DNA from: Chloracidobacterium sp.
Lineage (GTDB): Bacteria; Acidobacteriota; Blastocatellia; Pyrinomonadales; Pyrinomonadaceae
Assembly (NCBI GenBank): GCA_031370285.1
Contig: JANMQG010000057.1
Span: 33,502-97,501 of the forward strand
Direction: 5' to 3'
DNA: 64,000 nucleotides
This document shows, in pieces, positions 26,901 through 35,219 of the stretch. The notes beneath the pieces are model-generated. The model did not search any database. It was not told the origin of the DNA and was given only the letters and a program-made list of their open reading frames with translations. Made by a program: the position numbers and the translations under genes. Each line of letters opens with the position of its first letter. The stretch's first letter is position 1.

Positions 26901-29629
26901 TCAATGTCGCCGAGCGGGGTGGCCAAAGCCACGACCAGTCTGCCCCCCTTTGGTATCTCTTCCTGGAGTTCGGTTTCCTTTGCAGCCGGAGCCAGGGAAA
27001 CTGCCTCTTCGAGGTAATCGTTGGCTTTCTCATACTCTCCACGAAGGTTGGCGAGGGTGGCCGCCAAAGACAGCGCATGCCTCAGGCTATCGGTGTCTCC
27101 CACCGCGTGCGCAGCGTCAATAACCTGCTGCACCAGTCGCGTTGTCTCCTCGACCTTTCTGGCTTGCCAGGCAGTCTCCGCGGCGAGCAGGAGTGCTGCG
27201 ACTGCTCGCGGCTTTTGATTTTCACGTTCCAGGATCCGTCCCGCACTCTCTGCCTCTTTTAGTGCAGCATCGACGTCTCCCGCGATGCGGTGGGCCTGAG
27301 CCAGGAGCATTCGTGCTTCACCTTCGAGAGCCGGATCACCTTCCCATTCCTCATCAAGAAACTCGAGTACTGTCTTCGCGGCGCGAGCTGCTTCTTCGGG
27401 GCTGAAAGCATCAAGCGCTGCCTTAGCCATGCGCAACCCATACTCAACTGTCTTGTCGGGGACGTCACCCTGGGAGAAGTGGTGGACCAATTGTGGGTAG
27501 ACGCGCTCGAGTCTGCCGCCGTGACGCTTCTCAACTTCCTCAGCATATTTCCGGTGCAACGACCTTCGCTTGCGGCGGGCAATTGCACCGTAAAGCACGT
27601 CGCGAACGACGCCGCTCGAAAACACCAGGCGATCACCTCTCGACTCCCGTTCTTCCTCAAGGAGTCCCTCTTCTACCAGACGGTCAATCGCGTCCTCAAC
27701 ATCCTTTGCACCGGCCAGCGCTTCCAGGTCGCGAAAGTCAAAAGCCTTGCCGATAACTGAAGCAATCGACAGAATCTCACGCAGTTCTTCAGGTAGACGC
27801 TCGATACGTTTTTCGACCGCCTGTTGAATGGTGGCCGGCAAATCGCCGGTTGAGAGATCAGTGGCAGCACCGAGACTCCAGGCTCCTGTTTGATCCTTTG
27901 CGATGCCGCCTGAATCAAGCAGCGAGCGGACCAGTTCCTTAGTGAAGAATGGGTTGCCCTCAGTTCCTTCATAAAGTTTTTCGACGAGGCTGTCGGCTAG
28001 TTTAGGTCCGCCTATCAGTGTTTCGAGAAACAGGCGATGTTCCGCGGGTGAGAAAGGTCCCAGCGGGATTGCGGAAAAACGGCGGTCCCCGCGGAAACTT
28101 TCAAGCATTCGGAGCAGCGGATGGTTACGGCTGTCTACTTCACTTGACCGGTACGTCCCAACAATCAGCGTGGGAGTTGGTCCTAATCGACGAACGATGT
28201 ATTGCAATGCTTCAATGGATATCTCTGCCGCATGAAGATCTTCGAGGAAAAGAATCAGCGGCTTTCCCGCTGCCAGGCGTGTGAGCGTTCGCGCCAGTAG
28301 TTCAAAAACCTGGGTGCGGTTTTCGGGTCCCTGTGATCCGCCAAGCGATCCTCCAGACTGGGCCAACTTGGAGTCACCAGTCGCGGCGGCGCGAATCTCG
28401 CTGATCTCTGTAAGCATGGGAAACAACGACACGAGATCGGGGGCAACATCCGACAGCTCTAACATGTTGTCGGGAGAGCTGGCGCTATCCTTCAGCCGGA
28501 AGTATTCCTGAATTGCTTCACAGAACCCTTGATACGGGAAGGCGCCATCCTGCTCAATCGATCGGCCATGAAGGACGAGAAGCTTGCGGGCTTTGGCCAG
28601 GTTTTCTATCTCGTCGAGCAATCGTGTCTTACCGACGCCGGGCTCGCCTGACACCACGACAAATTGGCACTCACCGCTAATGGCGGCATTGAGTCGCTTC
28701 TGCAACTCAGCCTGCTCCTTCTCTCGGCCGATGAAGGGAGAGAGCGCCACACGCGGCATCATCAACGTCTTGGTCATTACCACTGATTTGCCGAGGTCGC
28801 TCTGGTGCAATCGGGTTTGACAGCGCCTTAAGGAATCAGCAACTTCACTTGCTCGCTGTGGTCGCTTTCCAGGCTCCTTGGCTATGCAGGCGAGTATGGC
28901 TTCCTCGAGGTCCTCATTAATCTCCGCACCCAATGAGCGCGGCGACTGGGGAATCTCATGAACTATTCGATAGAGTATCGATTGAAGTTCGCCCGAGAAT
29001 GGCGGTTCGCCAGTAAGACACTCGTAGAGAACAGTGCCGAGAGAATAAATGTCCGAGCGATGGTCCACTGCGTTAGCCGCCACTTGCTCCGGACTCATGT
29101 ATGAGAGAGTTCCTGCAATAGTGCCGGTCTTGGTAATGCGACTCTCTGTGGCGCCTCTGGCCAGACCAAAGTCCATGATCCGCACCCTGACACGAGCACC
29201 ATCCTCCCGCGTCGCCATGATGTTCTCCGGTTTTATGTCCCGGTGCGTTACGCCGCGTGAATGGCTGTATTCGAGTGCTTCGGAAACCTGGATGCCAATG
29301 TCGATAACTTCGCCCAGCGTCAGCGCGCCTTCGCGCTCGAACCAGCGCAGGTTCGTTCCCTGGAGAACGGGCATGACAAAAAAGAGCGATCCTTCGTGTT
29401 TGCCAAAGTCGAAGATTGGCACGATTGCTGGATGGTCCATCTGGGCCACCAGCTGCGCTTCGCGTTGGAAGCGTTGTTCCGTTTCGGGGTTCAGCAGTGT
29501 TGGAGGAATAAGCTTGACGGCTACTTCACGGTTCAATAGCGGGTCATGCGCGCGGTAGACCACGCCCATTCCGCCGCGGCCCAACTCCGACTTGATTTCG
29601 TATCGGTTAGAAAGCGTTTGACCAATCAT
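23954..29629 (-). CDS. multidomain Ser/Thr kinase - AAA/STAND ATPase - TPR-like region - two tandem family-5 solute-binding (peptide/nickel SBP) domains
   Basis: Start taken at ATG 29629 (GGAGGG RBS); the ORF opens at TTG 29656. Kinase GRGGMGVVY/HRDIKPEN/DFGLA. Walker A SGEPGVGKTRLLDE. Two SBP5-like modules each with DP...FETL...VRFxxG..LTA..V..SFER. No TM or signal peptide seen. Confidence 0.85.
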   Translation of the reverse strand: MIGQTLSNRYEIKSELGRGGMGVVYRAHDPLLNREVAVKLIPPTLLNPETEQRFQREAQLVAQMDHPAIVPIFDFGKHEGSLFFVMPVLQGTNLRWFEREGALTLGEVIDIGIQVSEALEYSHSRGVTHRDIKPENIMATREDGARVRVRIMDFGLARGATESRITKTGTIAGTLSYMSPEQVAANAVDHRSDIYSLGTVLYECLTGEPPFSGELQSILYRIVHEIPQSPRSLGAEINEDLEEAILACIAKEPGKRPQRASEVADSLRRCQTRLHQSDLGKSVVMTKTLMMPRVALSPFIGREKEQAELQKRLNAAISGECQFVVVSGEPGVGKTRLLDEIENLAKARKLLVLHGRSIEQDGAFPYQGFCEAIQEYFRLKDSASSPDNMLELSDVAPDLVSLFPMLTEISEIRAAATGDSKLAQSGGSLGGSQGPENRTQVFELLARTLTRLAAGKPLILFLEDLHAAEISIEALQYIVRRLGPTPTLIVGTYRSSEVDSRNHPLLRMLESFRGDRRFSAIPLGPFSPAEHRLFLETLIGGPKLADSLVEKLYEGTEGNPFFTKELVRSLLDSGGIAKDQTGAWSLGAATDLSTGDLPATIQQAVEKRIERLPEELREILSIASVIGKAFDFRDLEALAGAKDVEDAIDRLVEEGLLEEERESRGDRLVFSSGVVRDVLYGAIARRKRRSLHRKYAEEVEKRHGGRLERVYPQLVHHFSQGDVPDKTVEYGLRMAKAALDAFSPEEAARAAKTVLEFLDEEWEGDPALEGEARMLLAQAHRIAGDVDAALKEAESAGRILERENQKPRAVAALLLAAETAWQARKVEETTRLVQQVIDAAHAVGDTDSLRHALSLAATLANLRGEYEKANDYLEEAVSLAPAAKETELQEEIPKGGRLVVALATPLGDIDPVNMELVEEQEILANVFETLLATDLEGNLVPALCEKWEVSEDGTSVFFTLRENVRFQNGQALTAQAVKRSFERSIRVARELPPGLAAIRGAAEFARTASNDEELVGIVVHADYKLEIQLPDPLSIYPALLTDYKTGITLSDVAAGKTDSIPIGTGPFRMASYRPDRIVLERNEKYWKGSSAHLDEVEFRAGLSAAEIASGLRSGSIDLARDLSPQDLEEFLRDPRFRGGLVESPRKNTYFLIFNSTSGSVAQNLDLRRALSGVVRTHDLVWQTLGRFAQPAVCLIPPGMLGYDPGRRRQTLTRDETSSMLRSAGITDPIKLRAAVHPLFLDRYESLLTSLLSIWSELGVKVEVATPTMASYLESFQSSAGIDVFIGRWNADYDDPDDFTYGLFHSRVGLYRTYISSAEGDQILEEARTESRPGVRASLYRKYESFLQESGIVLPLFHDVDYRLANSKVRGLNLYGSAPYVNYAEIGKLESAARATDTLRAGGGTIEVPITGTLNHVDPSLAGTVEDSEVLPSIFETLTRDVGGARIVPWLATDFTAEQGGRRYRFRLRDDVRFHDGRKLTARDVRYSFERLLLNPESLGRFFYAPIRGAKTLLNGEASDLAGFRIHSANEFTIELDEPVSFFPALISYHAAAIVPEGSDKFGASWQEGSVGTGPFRVLKFEPGVRLELERNRNYWRSGYPRIERLNFNFGVAPADILSQFRAGRFSLAADLLPADAEALRRDPEFASGYHEIPNLITYYAAFNCQRGPLKDKRLRQTLARSIDVASVVRQTLGRLAVPAQGLIPPGLLGHDSAYTPRMPVPSTSASEQPDVKVELTAAVNPVFFGEYSALAREISRSVSDHQIKFRTVNKTMNELQEALLQGSVDIVLGRWGADYPDADTFANILSTKNGYLGKLCGSAEVDRLIARGRLETSPAARHGIYRQVEEIIARDRLLLPLFHEQTYRFARPEVEGLSLSYGAIVVDYACLRIHG

Positions 29630-30029
29630 CTTCCCTCCATGAAGAAACAAAGTCAAAAAGGTGTGAGAGGAACTCCTTCGTTAGGATGAGGAAAGAGAAC
29701 CCTTGTTGAGGGCGCTCTGTACTACTGAGCCAAGCGGTGACGGAAGTTGTAATGATAGGGCAGACCCTTACGGATTGTATAGAGGTGCGCACGAACGAGC
29801 GGGGACTAAGGTTGGCAAGTCAGGTGATGATGTTCGCGCGGCGCTTAAGACGAGGTAAGCGCTCAACCGTACTTCCCAATGCTGGTCAGGAGTCTCAAAT
29901 CCTAAGTCGAATCGCCCACGATTTGAATCTCTGACCTCCGCGTTGCACTTGGCCTCAATCACCTTTCGAACACTCTTAAGCCAAACAAAATCACATATTA
30001 TTCGAACGTCTGACTTCCGCGATCCGGCT

Positions 30030-30072
30030 CTGCAGCCGCGTCACAACGGCGTCACAAGAGAAAATGAGAGCT
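30030..30072. repeat. right copy of about 40-bp direct repeat containing CGTCACAA x2
   Basis: See 23873-23912. Lies 42 bp from the 3' end of tRNA-Ala. Confidence 0.7.
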
Positions 30073-30113
30073 AGACGAACTGCTGCTGGAAATCTTTGAA
30101 AATCGAAGGGTTT

Positions 30114-30189
30114 TGGTGGAGCAGAGGAGGGTCGAACTCCTGGCCTCCGCATTGCGAACGCGGCGCTCTGCCAACTGAGCTACTGCCCC
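30114..30189 (-). tRNA. tRNA-Ala (anticodon CGC), CCA encoded
   Basis: Reverse complement folds as a cloverleaf: GGGGCAG-TA-GCTC-AGTTGGCA-GAGC-G-CCGCG-TTCGCAA-TGCGG-AGGCC-AGGAG-TTCGACC-CTCCT-CTGCTCC-A-CCA. Carries the G3:U70 alanine identity pair. Confidence 0.93.
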
Positions 30190-30206
30190 ACGCCACGCTA
30201 GAATAC

Positions 30207-30235
30207 AGTTTCGAGTTTCGAGTTTCAAGTTTGAG
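30207..30235. repeat. orphan GTTTCRA heptamer array (single arm)
   Basis: agtttcgagtttcgagtttcaagtttgag beside the tRNA 5' end. No inverted partner found nearby. Confidence 0.5.
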
Positions 30236-30243
30236 ACCCGTCG

Positions 30244-30510
30244 CTACTGCGGAGTCAGGTCGAGTGCTTCGATCACTCTCGTGTACGGTATCTGAGCGGC
30301 ATCGTTTACCTCTTTCACTAACTCCGGATTGGCCGCTTCGAACAGACACATACAATGCGCCTCACCGGGCACGAAGGTGGTGCGGATGTAGCGCACGGCC
30401 TTACCCTCGGCAGTGAACTTGCCACTTGTTTCGATCGCTGCCTTCTGCGCAGCTGCCAGTTGCTCCATCTCAATACCGGGAAGATCACGTTCAACCATGT
30501 AGACGGGCAT
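30244..30510 (-). CDS. DUF4242-like small protein
   Basis: 88 aa. MPVYMVERDLPG...HCMCLFEAANPE pattern as I remember for DUF4242. Confidence 0.7.
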   Translation of the reverse strand: MPVYMVERDLPGIEMEQLAAAQKAAIETSGKFTAEGKAVRYIRTTFVPGEAHCMCLFEAANPELVKEVNDAAQIPYTRVIEALDLTPQ

Positions 30511-30659
30511 AAAAATCTCCTTGTTGAGTTAAAGAATCTGCAGAGCGGATCCACAAATTCAAATTACAGACAAAAACAGAAAACCTAAGTGCTGTGATGT
30601 CCAAGCGTCCTTCTGTTGCTTGACTGTCTGAGTCAGTGAAGTCTATGTAAGCTGCGACA

Positions 30660-31868
30660 TCAGATCAAGCTCTTAGCCGCCTGGTCCAGTGCTTCGTCGA
30701 GGTTTTCAACATTCTTTCCGCCGCCTTGCGCCAGGTCAGGCTTGCCGCCGCCGCGACCTTCGAGCAGCTCGCAGGCGTGGCGCATTAGAACATTCATGTC
30801 CCCCGGCGCATCCGCGGCTTTCGCGAAGACCAGACGCGCTGCTTCCTTATCGCGCGAGCCGAGTAGGGCAATCGTATTTGGATGGGCAATCAACGCCACC
30901 GCCAAACGCTTCAGCGACTCCGCATCGCGATTGTCAAAAACATGGTCAACGACGCGAACACCGAGCGCACTTGGCGAGGCAGCGGCCAGCAGTTCATCTG
31001 CTTCAACACGGGCGGCGATTTCTTCAAGACTGCGGACGCGCCGGTGCAGTTCTTTATTCTCTTCAACCATTCGCGCCGTCAGCTTTGCCGCATCGTCGCG
31101 GCTGGCGCTGAAGAGAGTTGCGACCGCGCGCGCAGTTTTGTTTGCGCGACGATAGTCGGCCAGCGCGCGGGTACCGGCGGCAAACTCAATCCGCGTTAGT
31201 CCTTTGGCGCGCTCCCAGGTCCGCACGGCAATCATTCCGACTTCGCCGGTGCGGTAGGCGTGGGTACCGCCGCAAGGAGTCAGATCGAAGCCTTCGATTT
31301 CAATCAGCCGTAATTCGCCAGCGCGCGAAGGATCCTTTCGCAAGGGAAGCTGCGCCGCTTCATCTGCCGTGGCGCGCTTGATGTTTACCTGGCGATCTTC
31401 CCAGATGACATTGTTTGCCAACTCCACGGCCCGTTGGATTAGTTCATTCGTGGGGTTGGTTAGTTCAACATCGATCTCGCACACTTCGTGCAGCACCCGA
31501 AAGCCGCGCGTCGGCGCGTTGAAGAGAGTTACGAAAGCCTGCGAAAGGATGTGTTGGCCGGTGTGTTGCTGAATATGATCGAGACGCCGGGACCAATCGA
31601 TTCTTCCTTTGACGGTTGCGCCTACCTCCGGCGCGCGGCCCTGAACGACGTGCAGTACTCCGTTGTCCTCGTCGTCGATACACTCGAGCACTCGTTCGCC
31701 GTTTAGCGTTCCCGTGTCGCTCGGCTGCCCGCCACCGGTTGGATAAAACGCGGTGCGATCGAGCGTGACAGCGCTCCAACCACTGACGCGGTCAGTCTTG
31801 TCGGTGACGAGCGCTTCAAACTCGATAAGATGAGAGTCAGAATAGTAGAGACGTTCGGTTGGAGGCAT
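30660..31868 (-). CDS. alaX: alanyl-tRNA editing protein, AlaX-L type (AlaRS editing domain plus DHHA1-like C-terminus)
   Basis: Start at ATG 31868 (MPPTERLYYSD). Zinc/editing motifs HTGQHILSQA and CGGTH. C-terminal GGGKPDLAQGGG typical of the AlaRS C-terminal/DHHA1 region. Confidence 0.85.
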   Translation of the reverse strand: MPPTERLYYSDSHLIEFEALVTDKTDRVSGWSAVTLDRTAFYPTGGGQPSDTGTLNGERVLECIDDEDNGVLHVVQGRAPEVGATVKGRIDWSRRLDHIQQHTGQHILSQAFVTLFNAPTRGFRVLHEVCEIDVELTNPTNELIQRAVELANNVIWEDRQVNIKRATADEAAQLPLRKDPSRAGELRLIEIEGFDLTPCGGTHAYRTGEVGMIAVRTWERAKGLTRIEFAAGTRALADYRRANKTARAVATLFSASRDDAAKLTARMVEENKELHRRVRSLEEIAARVEADELLAAASPSALGVRVVDHVFDNRDAESLKRLAVALIAHPNTIALLGSRDKEAARLVFAKAADAPGDMNVLMRHACELLEGRGGGKPDLAQGGGKNVENLDEALDQAAKSLI

Positions 31869-31941
31869 GGTTGAATTGATTAATAGTGCAACTCGTAGAA
31901 CCTTGCAAGTGAACAAGTCGATCTGAGTTGTCTCAGGATCG

Positions 31942-32007
31942 GGAAGGGTGGTTTACCCACGCAGTTGATTCCGGAAAAGCCAAGACCGGGGGTAAACCCA
32001 CCCTTCC
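31942..32007. repeat. 17-18-bp inverted repeat in divergent alaX / M61-peptidase intergenic region
   Basis: ggaagggtggtttaccc ... gggtaaacccacccttcc, one extra base, about 31-nt loop. Confidence 0.5.
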
Positions 32008-32165
32008 TTGACCTCAAGACTGCCTGCCTTGAGAGAGATCACTTGCTTGAATGCTCCCATTACTAAGACCGCAGATACTTTGACAGGCTTTCCTGAAAAC
32101 CAACATAATCCGCCGTGCTTCCAAACATCTGCGCCTTTGGCCGCTTCTAGCAGAAACCAGATCTT

Positions 32166-34091
32166 ATGAGCCGCATTTTCCGAACACTTCTCGTATGCCG
32201 CCTCGCGCTGCTTCTATCATTGCTCGCTTCCATGAGCGCGATCGCAGCCGCTCAGCAGGACCAGCAGCTGCGCTCGATAACTTACCGGCTTGGGATGTCG
32301 CGGCCGGTTTCTCACCTGTTCGAAGTGACCATTGAGGTCGAGCTGGAGAAAGGTGCGGCGGCGAAAACAATCGACTTCCAGATGCCCAAGTGGTCGCCGG
32401 GCCGTTATGCCGTTTTCGACTTCGCCAAGAACGTGCAGGAGTTTAGCCCTGCTCATTTCGATTGCAAGCGCCACGGAGAGACAGGTTCTGCTATTGACTG
32501 CGCCGTTACTCCATTGCCTGTCACCCGCGTTGACGATCAAACCTGGCGCGTGGCAACGATGAATACGCACAGCTTGACAATTCGCTACAAAGTCTTCGGC
32601 AACGACCTCTCGGGCACTTTCTCTCAACTTGATTCTCGTCACGCAAACTTCAATGGCGGCTCCCTCTTTATGTACGTCGTCAACCACAAGCCTGATCCGG
32701 TGAAGCTGATAATCGATCCGCCCGCAGGCTGGCGGATCGTCAACGGTCGCACTGAGCAAAGCAATCAGCCCGAATGGCAGTTTCCTAATTACGACGTCAT
32801 GATCGATACGCCAACTGAAATCGCGCCAGACTGGACTGACGACCAGTTTCAGGTCGATGGCAAACGCTATCACGTCGTCATTCATTCGTTTGGCGATGAA
32901 GGTGGAAAGCGCGATGACCTGGTTCGTGACATCGAGAAGATTGTGCGTGCGGAGACCGCAATGTGGGGCCCGCCGGAGTTTGACTCTTACACGTTCCTGA
33001 TCCACTTCGCTGCCGACGACCACTCCGGCGACGGCATGGAACATCTCACCTCGACGCAAATCATCGAACCGGGCGCGCTCGGGGAAGATGGTGTTTACGG
33101 CGACACTCTCGATACGGTGGCTCACGAGTTTTTCCACGTCTGGAATGTGAAACGACTCCGTCCGTTGGAACTCGGGCCCTGGGACTTCACGCGTCCTTTA
33201 AGTACGCGTGGTCTGTGGATCGCGGAGGGAATAACCAACTACTACGGCCATCTAATGAGACGGCGGGCCCAGTTGTGGGACGACACCGCGTTGTTCCGTC
33301 GTGAAAGCCAAACCATTACTGGTATCGAAAACGCTCCCGGTAGCCATTTGATGAGCGCGGAAGACTCTTCGCTTTCCGCACCTTTCCTTGATGATGCGCC
33401 GCATGCGCAACAAACGAATCTGGAGAACGCTTCTGTCAGCTATTATCCGAAAGGCGAGTTGATCGGCTTGGTTCTCGATCTAATGATCCGCGGGAAAACC
33501 AACGGCAAAGCTTCGCTTGATGACGTCATGCGCCGCATGTATGAAGAGTTTTATCTCCAGAGTCCGAACGCGAGTTACTACCTGCGCGGGCGCGGCTACA
33601 CGACCGAAGACTTCGAGCGCGTCGCTTCTGAAGTTGCAGGGTTTGACCTGCAAAGTTTTTTCCGCCTGCACGTTCGCGGCGTGGCAGTGCTCCCGTATGA
33701 CGAGGCGTTCGCTTTCCTTGGACTATCCGTAATTCGCGAACAGGCCCGCCAGCCTTTTGATGCGGGTATTGGAATCGACTGGCAAGAGAAGGGGGCTCTT
33801 ACAATCGGAGTGGTGCAGTCGCACTCGCCTGCGGAGGATGCCGGCTTGCAGGAGGGCGACGAAATCGTTTCGCTCGGCAAGAAAAATATCTCGCGTGAAA
33901 CCTTTCTGGTGTCGCTCGCACGTTACAAGCAAGGCGATCGCGTCCCGGTTACCGTTAAGCGCGACCGACGAACGATTCAGACTACGCTCGTGCTCGGTGC
34001 TCCGGAACGGTTCGAGTATCGAATCGAGGAAAGAAAAGACGCAACGCCGCAACAGAAAGCCCTGCGCGCTGCCTGGTTGAAGGGCTCGTGA
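32166..34091 (+). CDS. M61 family (glycyl aminopeptidase-like) metallopeptidase with C-terminal PDZ domain, secreted
   Basis: Signal peptide LLLSLLASMSAIAAAQQ. Zinc motif HEFFHVWN. PDZ-like GIDW..GALTIGVVQSHSPAEDAGLQEGDEIVSLG. Confidence 0.85.
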   Translation: MSRIFRTLLVCRLALLLSLLASMSAIAAAQQDQQLRSITYRLGMSRPVSHLFEVTIEVELEKGAAAKTIDFQMPKWSPGRYAVFDFAKNVQEFSPAHFDCKRHGETGSAIDCAVTPLPVTRVDDQTWRVATMNTHSLTIRYKVFGNDLSGTFSQLDSRHANFNGGSLFMYVVNHKPDPVKLIIDPPAGWRIVNGRTEQSNQPEWQFPNYDVMIDTPTEIAPDWTDDQFQVDGKRYHVVIHSFGDEGGKRDDLVRDIEKIVRAETAMWGPPEFDSYTFLIHFAADDHSGDGMEHLTSTQIIEPGALGEDGVYGDTLDTVAHEFFHVWNVKRLRPLELGPWDFTRPLSTRGLWIAEGITNYYGHLMRRRAQLWDDTALFRRESQTITGIENAPGSHLMSAEDSSLSAPFLDDAPHAQQTNLENASVSYYPKGELIGLVLDLMIRGKTNGKASLDDVMRRMYEEFYLQSPNASYYLRGRGYTTEDFERVASEVAGFDLQSFFRLHVRGVAVLPYDEAFAFLGLSVIREQARQPFDAGIGIDWQEKGALTIGVVQSHSPAEDAGLQEGDEIVSLGKKNISRETFLVSLARYKQGDRVPVTVKRDRRTIQTTLVLGAPERFEYRIEERKDATPQQKALRAAWLKGS

Positions 34092-34163
34092 GGTTTCGCA
34101 GACAGCAAACTCATAAGAGGAAAGACTATCAGCTCCACACCACCCATCGCTGCCACGCCGCAA

Positions 34164-35195
34164 TTGAGGTTGCTCGGTGTCAGATACTTCCTGCTCCTGT
34201 GGCTGTTGTTCTTTGCAATCTGCTTTGGCCTTGGTTACCCGACGCTCCAACGCTATGACCCACGAAGGACAGAAGGGATGAGCGACACGCCGAAGTATTA
34301 CGCCATCACAACCGGCGCAGATACTTCTGGATTTAAGGAAATGTTCCGCGGTCGCCTCCTGGTTCCTTACGTTGCCCGGCCCTTCTACTGGTTTGCCCAG
34401 AAATACCTGCAAAGTTGGAACGCCGGCTTCTTCGGTCTGCTGATGGCCAATGCGCTTTTCTGTGCCACGACCGCGTGCCTTATCGTGACCATTGGTAACA
34501 GGGTGCTCAACGATCTTGGTGCAGCTTTGTTTGGAGCAGCGCTCTACTTGCTCAGCTTTACCGTTCCCAACCTGCAACTTGCGGGGTTGATCGATAGCGG
34601 CGAAGCCTGTTTCCTCGCCGCCGTAACCTGGAGTCTACTCACCGGCAAGTGGTATTTGCTGCCACTCTGGGGATTGTTCGGGGCGCTGGCCAAGGAGACG
34701 TTTGTTCCGTTCTCCTGTGTCTTTGCGTTGACTTGGTGGCTAGCGGAGCGGCGCCAAGTCGGAACCGATGCGTCGAGATTAAGATGGATTGTCGCGCTGG
34801 GAGTTGTGGGATTGGCGACGGTGATGGCCGTTCACTCCAGGGTGTCCGGGCAATTCAAATGGCCGTGGGATATTGCGGGACAGGCAAGAGCGCCGGTTAA
34901 CTTCTTCGTCGCGTTGTGGCACTGTCTTACCGAACGGAGTTTTTGGTACGTGTTTGGCTGGCTGATACCCTTGGGAGTTTGGCGGCTAAAGTTTTTTCCT
35001 GGGCCATGGCTTGCGGCAGCGATTGCCACATCGATATTTGCAGTTATGTTGGGAGCGTATAGTAATGCGGGCGGAACCGTGGGCCGCGCTACTTTCAACA
35101 TCATCGGTCCGCTGCTGAGTCTCTCAGTTGCGTTATTGATTGCCAGACCGCAGGCAAACGTACCGAAGAAGTTTCTCGCGGATGAACGCGGCTAG
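34164..35195 (+). CDS. polytopic integral membrane protein, unknown function
   Basis: 343 aa, TTG start, at least 8 hydrophobic segments. No motif recognised. Confidence 0.55.
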   Translation: MRLLGVRYFLLLWLLFFAICFGLGYPTLQRYDPRRTEGMSDTPKYYAITTGADTSGFKEMFRGRLLVPYVARPFYWFAQKYLQSWNAGFFGLLMANALFCATTACLIVTIGNRVLNDLGAALFGAALYLLSFTVPNLQLAGLIDSGEACFLAAVTWSLLTGKWYLLPLWGLFGALAKETFVPFSCVFALTWWLAERRQVGTDASRLRWIVALGVVGLATVMAVHSRVSGQFKWPWDIAGQARAPVNFFVALWHCLTERSFWYVFGWLIPLGVWRLKFFPGPWLAAAIATSIFAVMLGAYSNAGGTVGRATFNIIGPLLSLSVALLIARPQANVPKKFLADERG

Positions 35196-35219
35196 CGGCG
35201 ACCCATTTCAAATTTTGCA

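Noticed and set aside
29884-29937. tRNA-like segment (TTCAAATC-type motif) upstream of the giant kinase gene
   Set aside because: It folds as a simple hairpin (GGTCAGGAG..TCAAATC / GATTTGA..CTCTGACC). No cloverleaf, acceptor stem or anticodon arm could be built.
12880-30114. Search for integrase, excisionase or transposase to call the tRNA-linked segments active mobile elements
   Set aside because: No ORF with tyrosine- or serine-recombinase or DDE motifs was found, so only att-like remnants are reported, not a mobile_element feature.
32217-33137. 306-aa minus-strand ORF opposite the M61 peptidase
   Set aside because: Shadow ORF. The plus-strand gene has the HExxH and PDZ motifs, and the antisense product has none.
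33723-34577. 284-aa minus-strand ORF spanning the M61 3' end and the membrane-protein 5' end
   Set aside because: It crosses an intergenic gap antisense to two plausible genes and has no recognisable domain.
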